Source of the DNA: an uncultured delta proteobacterium
Lineage (GTDB): Bacteria > Desulfobacterota > Desulfobacteria > Desulfobacterales > SG8-13
Length of the DNA: 64,000 bases
Assembly (NCBI GenBank): GCA_963848135.1
Contig: CAWKCK010000017.1
Location: 248,001 to 312,000 of the forward strand
Direction of reading: 5' to 3'
In this document: piece by piece, positions 43,465-52,463 of the stretch
How positions within the stretch are numbered: position 1 is the stretch's first letter
How the letters are laid out: the number at the start of each line of letters is the position of its first letter
Made by a program: the position numbers and the translations under genes
The notes under the pieces: model-generated
The model's input: only the letters and a program-made list of their open reading frames with translations
Databases searched by the model: none
What the model was told of the DNA's origin: nothing

Positions 43465-44163
43465 ATGATTACTCAATTACCATTTGATTCGAGTCGAGAG
43501 AAAGAACGCCGAACCCTCAGTGCCCAAGACAGAAGGAAAAACGGCCGTATCTATCATTCCGCCACCGCTGTCATCGAAAGCCTTGATTCGATGCTATCGG
43601 ACAGTGCAATGGTCGTAAACTACAGTAACAGTGGGCTTTATTTTGAATCGGACACGCTGATAACGCCGGGTGCCATTACATACCTGGGCATATTCGATTC
43701 ACCCTACAATCAATCCTCCGCTACGTACGAATGTCATCGAGTGAAAATTATGTGGTGCAAAGACCTCTATCGATCGGACTACAAATTTGGTTACGGCGCG
43801 CGGCACCTCGACCCTATTGGTGCATATACAGGAGTCGTCAGTGAAAAATTATATGACCTCCCCCAATATTTGAAACTCATACTGGCCGACAAAAAGGATG
43901 GTCGGAAACATCCCCGTAAACCCGTATGCAGAAAAGTCCTGTTTACCTCCGGCAATCAGTTCTACGAAGGAACAATTACTGACGTCAGCAAGGGAGGCTT
44001 CTTCATTGCCACGAATGCAAATTTTGTTACCGGCAAGACCGTTAACCTCGTTGTTCCGGGCACTAAGTTTGATGGAGGGGTAATGATCAAGGCAGAAATT
44101 GTCCGCACTACGGCAGCTGGCATCGGAGTCAAGTTGCTCGGGCTCCTCAAAAACAATTGCTGA
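43465..44163 (+). CDS. Tandem PilZ domain protein
   Basis: RKNGR/NYSNSG and RKHPR/DVSKGG. Confidence 0.85.
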   Translation: MITQLPFDSSREKERRTLSAQDRRKNGRIYHSATAVIESLDSMLSDSAMVVNYSNSGLYFESDTLITPGAITYLGIFDSPYNQSSATYECHRVKIMWCKDLYRSDYKFGYGARHLDPIGAYTGVVSEKLYDLPQYLKLILADKKDGRKHPRKPVCRKVLFTSGNQFYEGTITDVSKGGFFIATNANFVTGKTVNLVVPGTKFDGGVMIKAEIVRTTAAGIGVKLLGLLKNNC

Positions 44164-44176
44164 CATATTTTTTCCA

Positions 44177-44854
44177 ATGGTTTCCGTGATCATCCCCACA
44201 CTTAACGAAGAAAAGGCGCTTCGGGCGACTCTCGAAGACCTGTTCCACCAAACAGGGCTGTATGAGGTCATCGTCGTTGATGGGGGCAGCAGCGATCGCA
44301 CCCGTGAAATTGCTGAGGCTGACCCTCGTCTGCGCTTCGTATCTGCTCCCAAAGGAAGGGCGGTGCAAATGAACACCGCAGCACGAATGGCCTGCGGAGA
44401 ATGGCTGCTCTTTTTGCACGCCGATACCCTGCTTCCCAAAAGCGCCATTTGCCGTCTGAACAACCTTGAAAATGACCACACCTATCAGGCGGGAGGATTC
44501 CGGCACAGATTCTCCGGAGTAGACTGGCGTTTGAAGGTGATCTCTGGCTTGGACAACGTCCGAGCCAGATTAACAGGGATTATCTATGGTGATCAGGCGT
44601 TATTTGTCAGGCGGCAGCTGTTTGAGCTCATGAATGGTTTCCCGGAACAACCGGTGCTCGAAGATCTTCTCATATGTAAAAAATTAAAGCGTGTCGTCAG
44701 GCCGGTGCTTCTCGATCAATACGTCATTACCGACGCACGAAAATTTGTCCAGATGGGTATCTGGAGAAGTTTTGCCCGCTGCCTTCTCATTTTGTTGTGC
44801 CATATTCTCCACTTTCCCTTCTTGCCGCAAAGGTTTTTTACCGACATCCGCTGA
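44177..44854 (+). CDS. Family 2 glycosyltransferase (TIGR04283-like)
   Basis: VIIPTLNEE, VVDGGSSD, GRAVQMN, LFLHADT, YGDQALFV, LED. Confidence 0.88.
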   Translation: MVSVIIPTLNEEKALRATLEDLFHQTGLYEVIVVDGGSSDRTREIAEADPRLRFVSAPKGRAVQMNTAARMACGEWLLFLHADTLLPKSAICRLNNLENDHTYQAGGFRHRFSGVDWRLKVISGLDNVRARLTGIIYGDQALFVRRQLFELMNGFPEQPVLEDLLICKKLKRVVRPVLLDQYVITDARKFVQMGIWRSFARCLLILLCHILHFPFLPQRFFTDIR

Positions 44855-45037
44855 GGCCTGTATCGATATATCAATCTTCATCCTTGAAGACGGCCGTGAA
44901 TTGTACTATGGATTATGCGACGGAGTAACCCCGCGGTTTGCATTTCGTTTCGATCCCCGGAAAAACAATTTATCTGCCAGGATGTATACATACGTGAAAA
45001 CCGGGGCAACCTTAATGGCATTCTGCATTCAGGCCAT

Positions 45038-45682
45038 ATGAAAGAAATCTGGATCATCGGTATCGGCCAGTTCGGTTTGCATGCGGTCCTAACTTTAGCC
45101 AATGAACATCCACATGCGCATTTGGTTTTGGTGGACCCCTTTGAAGATAATCTCCTAAGGGCTGCAGGGTCCAATCGCTTTTTGAAAGTCGCGGATGGTG
45201 TCTCATACACCGAAAAAAACCTTCTTTCAGCGGAAAAGGGGCCCGACTGGATCGTTCCCGCCCTTCCGATCCACCTTGCCGCTGAATGGTGCCTGCGGCG
45301 ACACGGCCCGCGGCTGCGTCGATATGCTGTCCCGAATACGCTCGATCCGCATATACCGAATCCGATGCGTGTCTCGGACGGGAATGTCTATACCAGCCAT
45401 GCCACTTTCCGATGCCCAGAAAATTGCTCCGAACCGGAAGATGTCTGCTCGATCACCGCAGAACCGCGCAAGAAAAATATGTTTGAAATCCTCGGGGATC
45501 TGCATCTGCCGCATTTCGAACCCATCGCCATTCGCAGTCACCAACTCGGACCCGGCATCGGCGGTTACCGACCGGCACAATTGTTCGCCCTGGACAAACG
45601 TTTAAACGCAACTCGAGGTGGAATTCTGCTGAGCACGGCCTGCCGCTGTCATGGTGTCACCACCGGTCTCTGGCACGATTAG
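45038..45682 (+). CDS. Rossmann-like NAD-binding protein with Cys-rich C-terminus
   Basis: IIGIGQFG; CPENC..P..C; SHQLGPGIGG; STACRCHGV. Confidence 0.7.
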   Translation: MKEIWIIGIGQFGLHAVLTLANEHPHAHLVLVDPFEDNLLRAAGSNRFLKVADGVSYTEKNLLSAEKGPDWIVPALPIHLAAEWCLRRHGPRLRRYAVPNTLDPHIPNPMRVSDGNVYTSHATFRCPENCSEPEDVCSITAEPRKKNMFEILGDLHLPHFEPIAIRSHQLGPGIGGYRPAQLFALDKRLNATRGGILLSTACRCHGVTTGLWHD

Positions 45683-45827
45683 CCGTCAGCCCAAACCATG
45701 ACCGCAGATTTTGACGAGGCACGACCGGCTGGGGGTATCGATAAACATTGCCGACATAGGGATGTGTTGGAGGCTGGCTTTAACGGCCTGTTAAACGGAA
45801 AGGGGATCAACGGAGAGGCTGGTTTTT

Positions 45828-46133
45828 CTACTTTTTCTCTGCTTCCAGATAGCCATCCAGGCACTTTCTCAGTTCTTCAACACCCGGTATGGTATCAAAT
45901 ACCAGTTCGCCGTCAATGACGATGGATGGCACCGGCATGGGGCGCCCTGCATTTTTAGACAGCTCGGCATATCTCCGGGCACCGCTTAGATTTTTGGTGA
46001 TGACGGTTTCCCATTCGATGTAATTTTCGTAGGCAGGAGCAACTTCAGCGACCACACGGGCCATATACTCACATGGGATTCAGTGGGCCCCCTCGTGCAA
46101 AACTTCAAGGCGTACTTTTTCAGACTTAATCAT
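45828..46133 (-). CDS. Selenocysteine-containing thioredoxin-fold protein (UxxC), 101 aa
   Basis: MIKSEKVRLEVLHEGAH-TGA(46082-46080)-IPCEYMARV...; the TGA aligns with the first Cys of CLPCFYM and CAACGYM in paralogs; hairpin downstream. Confidence 0.85.
46037..46070 (-). promoter_or_regulatory. Candidate SECIS hairpin
   Basis: GAGUA..UGGCC-CGUGU-GGUCG..UGCUC; apical loop begins ~22 nt after UGA. Confidence 0.5.
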
Positions 46134-46142
46134 GGCTTTACC

Positions 46143-46478
46143 TCAGGAATTCAATCCTTTTTCCCGTATCGCCTCTTCGATCGCCTCTTCTAGATCAAAC
46201 ATGGGCGGGATGGCGTCAAATACGAGTTCACCATCCATGAACAGGGAGGGTACCGGAGCGACCCGGCCGTATTTGTGGACATTTTTTTCTCCGAACAACG
46301 AATAGGATAGCTCAAGGAAGCGTTTCTTACCGGTACCTCGCATAAAATCCACTCGTTGGTATCGAATGTACTTCTCATATTTCGGCAATACTTCCCGCAC
46401 TGTTTCATCCATATAAAAGCAAGGCAAGCAATAGTCCGCTTTGTACATGACTTCTATCAATATTTTTGATCGATCCAT
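46143..46478 (-). CDS. Thioredoxin-fold protein (CLPC)
   Basis: DYCLPCFYM, cis-Pro-like VPSLFMDGELVF. Confidence 0.85.
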   Translation of the reverse strand: MDRSKILIEVMYKADYCLPCFYMDETVREVLPKYEKYIRYQRVDFMRGTGKKRFLELSYSLFGEKNVHKYGRVAPVPSLFMDGELVFDAIPPMFDLEEAIEEAIREKGLNS

Positions 46479-46951
46479 CTTGATCTCCGTCTTATTGCCC
46501 GACCTCGCAGAAGGTTGGGGCATTCATTCCGGCCGATATTAAACGGAAGGAATCGGTGTCCTGCGTCATATCAAATGCGGTGAATTTGTTCAACTCGAAT
46601 CTCGGTTATCCGCGCGGGCAGATGGCGAATGGTATGGGTTTGCATGGGGTAAACCGCCGGCATGCGTGGCGTCGAAATGCCCGTATCCGCTACCATCAAA
46701 CACAGTATGGACACTGCGATACCGTGTTGACAACCGGCTCTTATACTCATATAGTGCGCAGGTCAAAATAAATATGTAACATTTTGTAAGAATTATTAAA
46801 TCTTCAGTTCACTGCCATAAAACATTAAATCCCGCGGATTTTTCCACAACGGTAAAGACCAAGCACCGGCAGTGGGATGACGGCAGCGGTCCTTCCTTGA
46901 CCGGTATCACGCGCCATCGGTAAGATCGTATGCCTCCGGTAGAAACAGCCA

Positions 46952-47488
46952 ATGAAAAAAGGGCCTGACATCCACGAGAATGATGACATCCGGCTCTTTG
47001 GCGACCTTTCTGCCATTACGAGAGACGGTCCTCAACTCGACCTTATTCAACAGAGAGTTAAACAGTTTATTCTGAGCTTCGGCAGAAGACCACGAATTCT
47101 GGTCTGTCCTACCGATCCGGGGGCACACAAAAAGAAAATCAATCGCATCGGCTCGATTTTGGCGCAATGGGGTTTCGATGTCGACATCGGCCCATTGCAA
47201 AAATCGCCGGAACAGATTGCTCGTATGGCATTGGAAAACGACGTCCACATGGTCGTCATATTTTGCTCGGAACGACTGATTCATAGGGAAACCACAGAAT
47301 TGCTGAATGCGCTTAAACGCCTGGGCGCGGCCGAAATTCTCGTTGCCGTCTTCGGTTCTACCCCGGAATTCACCAAAAGCTGTGGCAGCCGGTCGAATCG
47401 GGCCGGCAAAGCAACCTTGATGGTATTAAACCCCAGATCAGCCAAAGACGTTATCTTCATGTTGGACAATATTACGCGAAAGAATTGA
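46952..47488 (+). CDS. Stand-alone, degenerate methylmalonyl-CoA-mutase-type cobalamin-binding domain
   Basis: FGRRPRILV...GFDVDIGPLQKSPEQIARMALENDVH; the DxHxxG motif is altered to GAHKKK. Confidence 0.8.
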   Translation: MKKGPDIHENDDIRLFGDLSAITRDGPQLDLIQQRVKQFILSFGRRPRILVCPTDPGAHKKKINRIGSILAQWGFDVDIGPLQKSPEQIARMALENDVHMVVIFCSERLIHRETTELLNALKRLGAAEILVAVFGSTPEFTKSCGSRSNRAGKATLMVLNPRSAKDVIFMLDNITRKN

Positions 47489-47492
47489 TCTC

Positions 47493-48464
47493 ATGGATGC
47501 CCAGTTTTATATCGACGGCGTTTTAGAACGGAATCGGGGCCTCATCGCCAAATCCATAACGTTGATCGAAAGCTCCCTGCCAATCCACCAGGAAACAGCC
47601 CAAACGATCATTGATAGCCTCCTGCCTTACGCCGGAAACGCCATGCGCATCGGTATTACCGGTGTGCCGGGAGTCGGCAAGAGCACCTTCATCGAAAGCT
47701 TCGGCATGATGCTGGTCGCAGAGGGCCACAACGTTGCCGTACTGGCTGTCGATCCGAGTAGTTCGAGAAGCGGCGGCAGTGTTTTGGGAGACAAGACACG
47801 CATGGAAAAACTGTCTATGCATGCGAATGCCTTTATAAGGCCGTCTCCCACCAGTGGCACTCTGGGGGGTGTTGCCAAAAAAACCCGCGAAACCATGATT
47901 GTCTGTGAGGCGGCCGGTTTTGATATTATTCTGGTTGAAACGGTCGGTGTCGGTCAGTCCGAAACGAGTGTGGCATCCATGGTTGATTTCTTCCTGGTGC
48001 TGATGCTGGCCGGAGCGGGCGACGAGCTTCAGGGGATTAAAAAGGGTATATTGGAGTTGGCCGACGCGATAGCGATCAACAAGGCCGATGGTAACAACAT
48101 CGATAGAGCCATGGAGGCCCGCAACGAGTATGCATCAGCGCTGAACTTGATGGAATCGAAATCTTCGGTCTGGGACGTACCGGTTCTGACCTGCAGCGCC
48201 TTAACCAAAGATGGCCTGAACAATATCTGGGCAACCATCCGTGATCATCACCAGAAACTTTCAGCCGCCGGAGAATTGACCGATAAGCGGCAATCTCAAT
48301 CGATCGACTGGATGTGGTCCTTGGTAGAGGAGGGATTGAAAGATCGGTTTTTCAAGGATCCTGATGTTAAAAACCGTTTGCAGAAAACCATCGCTGCCGT
48401 CGAGAATGGTTTGACTTCACCTTCGGCTGCGGCCGGGGAACTGCTGCATTTGCATGGAAAATAA
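47493..48464 (+). CDS. meaB: MeaB/ArgK G-protein chaperone
   Basis: GITGVPGVGKST, AVDPSS, GDKTRM, ETVGVGQSE, GDELQGIKKG, NKAD. Confidence 0.95.
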   Translation: MDAQFYIDGVLERNRGLIAKSITLIESSLPIHQETAQTIIDSLLPYAGNAMRIGITGVPGVGKSTFIESFGMMLVAEGHNVAVLAVDPSSSRSGGSVLGDKTRMEKLSMHANAFIRPSPTSGTLGGVAKKTRETMIVCEAAGFDIILVETVGVGQSETSVASMVDFFLVLMLAGAGDELQGIKKGILELADAIAINKADGNNIDRAMEARNEYASALNLMESKSSVWDVPVLTCSALTKDGLNNIWATIRDHHQKLSAAGELTDKRQSQSIDWMWSLVEEGLKDRFFKDPDVKNRLQKTIAAVENGLTSPSAAAGELLHLHGK

Positions 48465-49301
48465 CAACCATTTTCAAAAATTGACGAACCGTCTCCCAGC
48501 TATCCCTTCCGACTGAGCGCACCGGCGATGATATTCGGCCACGACATCGTCGAAAATGCTGAAATTCTGGCGACACTGGTTGATAATGTCGAAATCGTCC
48601 TGTTTCACACCCCCACCCAAAACAACTATCTATCTCGGCGGGACATTGCCAAGCTGTCTGAGATCAGCCGACAGACCGGGGTGAGCTATACCGTGCATTT
48701 GCCGACGGCGCTCGAAGTCGCTTCAACCGACTACAGGCGCCGTAAAGAGTCCGTCCGACTGGCGAAGGCGCTCATCGAACAAACCCTTGATTTTAAACCC
48801 TTGCATTATATTCTCCATGTTCCCTACTCTCCACCGACTCTGGTGTATGAGCCGGGAATGTATTTCAAACGCATCAGCAGTTCAGCGTGGCAGAACTGGC
48901 TGAGGCGGGCCACCGGCAGCCTGATTGAAATTACTACGGTTATCGGTAAGGCCGCCGAATTACTGCTCGAAAACATCAACTACTCGGTGTGTTATCTCGA
49001 GCCGCTGGTGCAAAAACGGTTTTGTGGCCTCTGCTTGGATGTGGGCCATCTTCTTCTGGGCCAGGAGCCGGTGACTCCTGAAATTGTACGGCATCGCGAA
49101 GTCATTAGGGAAATCCACATTCATGGAGTCAAGGGCCACACTGATCATCACACCTTAAGCATCCTTCCGCAGAAAAGGCTGTCAAAATGGCTGCAGCAAA
49201 TGGCGAATATGGGCTTTTCGGGTATTTGTAATCTGGAAGTGTTCTCCCCGGCCGACCTGAAATCTTCGGTCGATCTTATCGACCAAATAGGGAGGCAGTG
49301 A
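48454..49301 (+). CDS. TIM-barrel AP-endonuclease-2 family protein, CbiR-like cobamide-remodelling phosphodiesterase (probable -1 error at A run 48476-48480)
   Basis: YPFRL, YTVHLP, LLEN, CLDVGHL, IHIHG, DH, LEVF; adjacent to B12-handling genes. Confidence 0.7.
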
Positions 49302-49306
49302 CGGTT

Positions 49307-49591
49307 TTATGAATATTCCGGTTGCGGATCATCGGTGTCGTCGTTATGCTGGAAGGCATATCGGCTCCAGAGCTGGGCGTCCCGACAGCCAAGAACAGTC
49401 GCCGCATCCATATCATTTGTTGCCATCTGATAATTTCCGAGTCGGTAGTGACACACACCTCTCATGAAGTACGCCTCCGCCCGGTTAAAATTGTTTTCGA
49501 TTGCCAGGGTGAATGCGTCAACCGCCTCAGATAGCTTACCGGTGCGGCTTAGTCGGCATCCTATCGCATAAATTTCAGGGGTTGCATTCAC
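49307..49591 (-). CDS. Small TPR protein
   Basis: EAVDAFTLAI..., AEAYFMRGVCHYRLGNY. Confidence 0.75.
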   Translation of the reverse strand: MNATPEIYAIGCRLSRTGKLSEAVDAFTLAIENNFNRAEAYFMRGVCHYRLGNYQMATNDMDAATVLGCRDAQLWSRYAFQHNDDTDDPQPEYS

Positions 49592-49666
49592 GTGTCTATT
49601 GCCGATTCATAATAGGGTCGATGGATGTATTTTGCCAGTTTCGATATAATGAATTCCACAGCGATT

Positions 49667-50455
49667 TCACTTTTTATCCCCCTGGCTTGGGCCATCCAAA
49701 GTCGCTGCCCTTTGGCATTCGCAAATAGACAAATAATCACTCAACCGATCGGCGATCTGCTGGGTGGTCATCACCTTTCCCTTGGAAACGACATTTCCGT
49801 CGATGACCAGACCGGGGGTAACGAAAACCCCCATTTCACGAAAATATGAAATATCGGTCCGCTTTCGAACCAACAACTGGTCACCGTTATCGGATTGGGC
49901 AACCGCCTGGACGACGTTGTCATATAACATGTTGCATTTTTCACATCCGGGGCCCAAAACTTCCACGATGTACTGATGTGGGCTGACGCCCGCGCCGTCG
50001 CCCCAATACGCATGAATCCACTTTCTCACCATCTGGCGGTCGGGCACGCTCCCCTGATGGAGTAAGCGCCCCCCCATCACCAGAGCGGGCGTCATCAGAA
50101 TACCAGCGTTGTATGCGGCGCATTCGCAGGGACGCAACGCCTCGTCCAATGCCGGGGACCACTGGGTCGCGGCCGTTGGGCAGCAGGCCGATTCCCGATC
50201 GGGTCCGTCAATCAAGGCGTGTATCTTCTCCCAGTCGACATCAAGGCCGGCTTTACGGGCGACATCCTTTGCGGTTCCCGGTTCAAGACCGAGAGATGAT
50301 GCAAAATGGCGGGCCTCTTCACTCGTATAGGATAGGTGCCTCACGGTTGCCGGGACACCAGCCGCGGCGACAATGTCCTTTACCATCCGGGTCAGGAAAT
50401 CACAGCGCGGACACGGCGGTTCAGTGCCAATAATCCAGATTTCCCCAGGTGTCAT
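49667..50455 (-). CDS. Two-domain thioredoxin-family protein (MTH895/Thioredoxin_3-like)
   Basis: PPCPRC...MTPALV and VLGPGCEKC...VTPGLVIDG. Confidence 0.85.
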   Translation of the reverse strand: MTPGEIWIIGTEPPCPRCDFLTRMVKDIVAAAGVPATVRHLSYTSEEARHFASSLGLEPGTAKDVARKAGLDVDWEKIHALIDGPDRESACCPTAATQWSPALDEALRPCECAAYNAGILMTPALVMGGRLLHQGSVPDRQMVRKWIHAYWGDGAGVSPHQYIVEVLGPGCEKCNMLYDNVVQAVAQSDNGDQLLVRKRTDISYFREMGVFVTPGLVIDGNVVSKGKVMTTQQIADRLSDYLSICECQRAATLDGPSQGDKK

Positions 50456-50489
50456 CGTCTTTCCTTCTCGCCTCTGGTTGGATGTTCGT

Positions 50490-50738
50490 TCAGTCTTTCA
50501 GCAGCGCAACGATCCGCTCAGTTTTAAATACCTTTCCTTGTGCGACCACCATCCCCTCGATGATCAGGGCCGGGCTGAGCAGCAAACCGTACCGCTCGCG
50601 TATTTCCGGAGCCAGAGCCCACTTCTTTTCCACCGTTGCCTCCAAGCCGACGATGGTGACGGCTTTTTTTGTATGTTCCAACAGATCGTTGCACTGTTCG
50701 CAGGGTGGATCCAGACCAACCACTTCGATATGTATCAT
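50490..50738 (-). CDS. Small thioredoxin-family protein
   Basis: PPCEQC...SPALIIEG..GKV. Confidence 0.85.
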   Translation of the reverse strand: MIHIEVVGLDPPCEQCNDLLEHTKKAVTIVGLEATVEKKWALAPEIRERYGLLLSPALIIEGMVVAQGKVFKTERIVALLKD

Positions 50739-51883
50739 GATCCGAGGTTTTCCTTTTTTCGGTAAGGAGGGTTGGGATAGGCCGGGCTGAAGCACTGCAG
50801 ATCGACGATGTCGATCTGCAGAGACAAAGGTTCCGTCATAGCGTTAAGGGCATCGCGCACAACGGTTTCCAAATCCACCGGTTCCATTTTAACGCGGGCA
50901 TTTATCAGCAGCGTGCCGCCGGATGCCTTCTGGTCGGTCTGCGTGCCAAGGCGAGGATCGGAGTGGAGGTCGGTAAGGTTGGCCCATGTTGATTTGCCGG
51001 CGGAAGTAAACACAAGTTTCAGATGGCCGATGCCGGCATTTCGCTGTCGAAGCGCATCCCGAATCGTCAGCAAAAATCCCAGCATCAGCTCCCCCGGGAG
51101 AATAGGCGCTTTGGACCGGACCTTAACCGCCGCGTTGAGCCAGCCCAGAACCGCCTCGGCCTGCGCATACCGGTCATAGTCGATCTGCCGCAGCACGGTG
51201 TCGGCTCCGGGCCGACCACTGAGAAGGATTTCCAACCAGGTGTGCATGCCCATACCCTGCAGGGCGGATGTGGCGAGAATCTCCTTGCCCGGAAAACGAC
51301 CTCGAATGGCTTTTTGGATACGATCCTTCTCCGATGGTTCTATCAGGTCGCACTTGTTGAGTACGATGAGGTCCGCTTCCTCAAGCTGCTTTTCGAAGAG
51401 GTAGGCCACCTCTTCGGGAAAGGTCGATTCAGTCTCCTTCAAAAGCAGCTCGCGCACGCGATCCGGATCGACCATGGTGGAAAAGGGAGCGAAGGTGAAT
51501 GTGTCCCGGTAATGTATCTTGATGGGATTGGCGACGGCAGCGACAAAATCGGTGCAGCTGCCCACCGGTTCACCCAGGAGAATGTCCGGTTCGTAAATAA
51601 GTATTTTTTCGATCTGATGAATCAAGTCATCGAATTTGCAGCAGAAGCATCCCTCAACCACCTCCTCGATCGGCACATTCAGTTCGGCAAGCATCTGTCG
51701 AACAATGACCGTGTCGGCCAGGTTACCGCTCTGATCGTTGGTGACGATGCCCACGCGCATCCCCCTGCGGATGATGTCCCGGGCCAAGACCCCAAGCGCG
51801 GTGGTCTTGCCCGAGCCAAGGAATCCGCCAACAAAAGTCAGTTTAACCGGTTTGGCTGTGTTCAGCGGTTGGGGAATTTGCAT
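50735..51883 (-). CDS. CobW/COG0523-like GTPase
   Basis: GGFLGSGKTT, TNDQ, GCFCC, EPVGSC, NKCD. Confidence 0.9.
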   Translation of the reverse strand: MQIPQPLNTAKPVKLTFVGGFLGSGKTTALGVLARDIIRRGMRVGIVTNDQSGNLADTVIVRQMLAELNVPIEEVVEGCFCCKFDDLIHQIEKILIYEPDILLGEPVGSCTDFVAAVANPIKIHYRDTFTFAPFSTMVDPDRVRELLLKETESTFPEEVAYLFEKQLEEADLIVLNKCDLIEPSEKDRIQKAIRGRFPGKEILATSALQGMGMHTWLEILLSGRPGADTVLRQIDYDRYAQAEAVLGWLNAAVKVRSKAPILPGELMLGFLLTIRDALRQRNAGIGHLKLVFTSAGKSTWANLTDLHSDPRLGTQTDQKASGGTLLINARVKMEPVDLETVVRDALNAMTEPLSLQIDIVDLQCFSPAYPNPPYRKKENLGS

Positions 51884-52320
51884 GGTGGTCCTCCCTCTGC
51901 CCTGGTCGGTTCCAGAGTCGTCGATAGGTGGGGCAGAACAGCGGTTGGATAGGCGCTGCGGGCCTGATCGAAAAATTTGCCGATCAACGCCATTTGATTG
52001 GTGAGGGTCCCAATCCAGCGCCATAAGCACTCCCCACCGGCATCGGTCAGAAAGTAGCGGCGTTTGGCCGGCCCTTTTACGCCAACGTCCCATTCACTGA
52101 TCACCATTCCCCGTTTCTCCAGTATGTTGAGGTGGCGGTACAGGCCGGCCAGATTCAAACCGGCTTGAGTATCTTCCAGGTAACTGCTGACGATCTTACC
52201 GATTTCATAGCCGTGAATGCCGTTTTGTTTGAACAGGGTCAGCAGAATCCACGGTGCCGCCAGGTTCCGCATGTTTTTGCCCGTGCACGGGCAGTCCCGG
52301 TCGATAGAAGTCATGGGCAC
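51862..52320 (-). CDS. PadR-family regulator with N-terminal CPC motif
   Basis: HGYEI, LYRHL..LE..G, GPAKRRYFLTDAG. Confidence 0.9.
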   Translation of the reverse strand: MPMTSIDRDCPCTGKNMRNLAAPWILLTLFKQNGIHGYEIGKIVSSYLEDTQAGLNLAGLYRHLNILEKRGMVISEWDVGVKGPAKRRYFLTDAGGECLWRWIGTLTNQMALIGKFFDQARSAYPTAVLPHLSTTLEPTRAEGGPPCKFPNR

Positions 52321-52330
52321 AACAATCCAC

Positions 52331-52369
52331 TTTGCTCACATATTCGACAATGTCGAATATGTGAGCAAA
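52331..52369. promoter_or_regulatory. Perfect 39-bp palindrome, probable operator
   Basis: TTTGCTCACATATTCGACA-A-TGTCGAATATGTGAGCAAA directly upstream of the PadR gene. Confidence 0.7.
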
Positions 52370-52463
52370 AAAATGTTTGCCGTGTATCTATATCTCAACA
52401 ATACCATCACCGATTCGTCAGTGCATTCGGTTGCGGTGCTTTTATCTTTCGAGACACCTGTTG

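Noticed and set aside
46131..46145. The TGA stop of the CLPC redoxin is in frame with the next (Sec) redoxin, 9 nt upstream of its ATG, suggesting a read-through fusion
   Set aside because: TGAGG doubles as the downstream RBS, the position is not a conserved Cys, and no clear SECIS follows.
46523..46952. Possible cobalamin riboswitch ahead of the B12-domain/meaB genes (also looked at 56800-57030, 60224-60540, 63340-63736)
   Set aside because: No B12-box or conserved core recognised by eye; a covariance search would be needed to exclude it.
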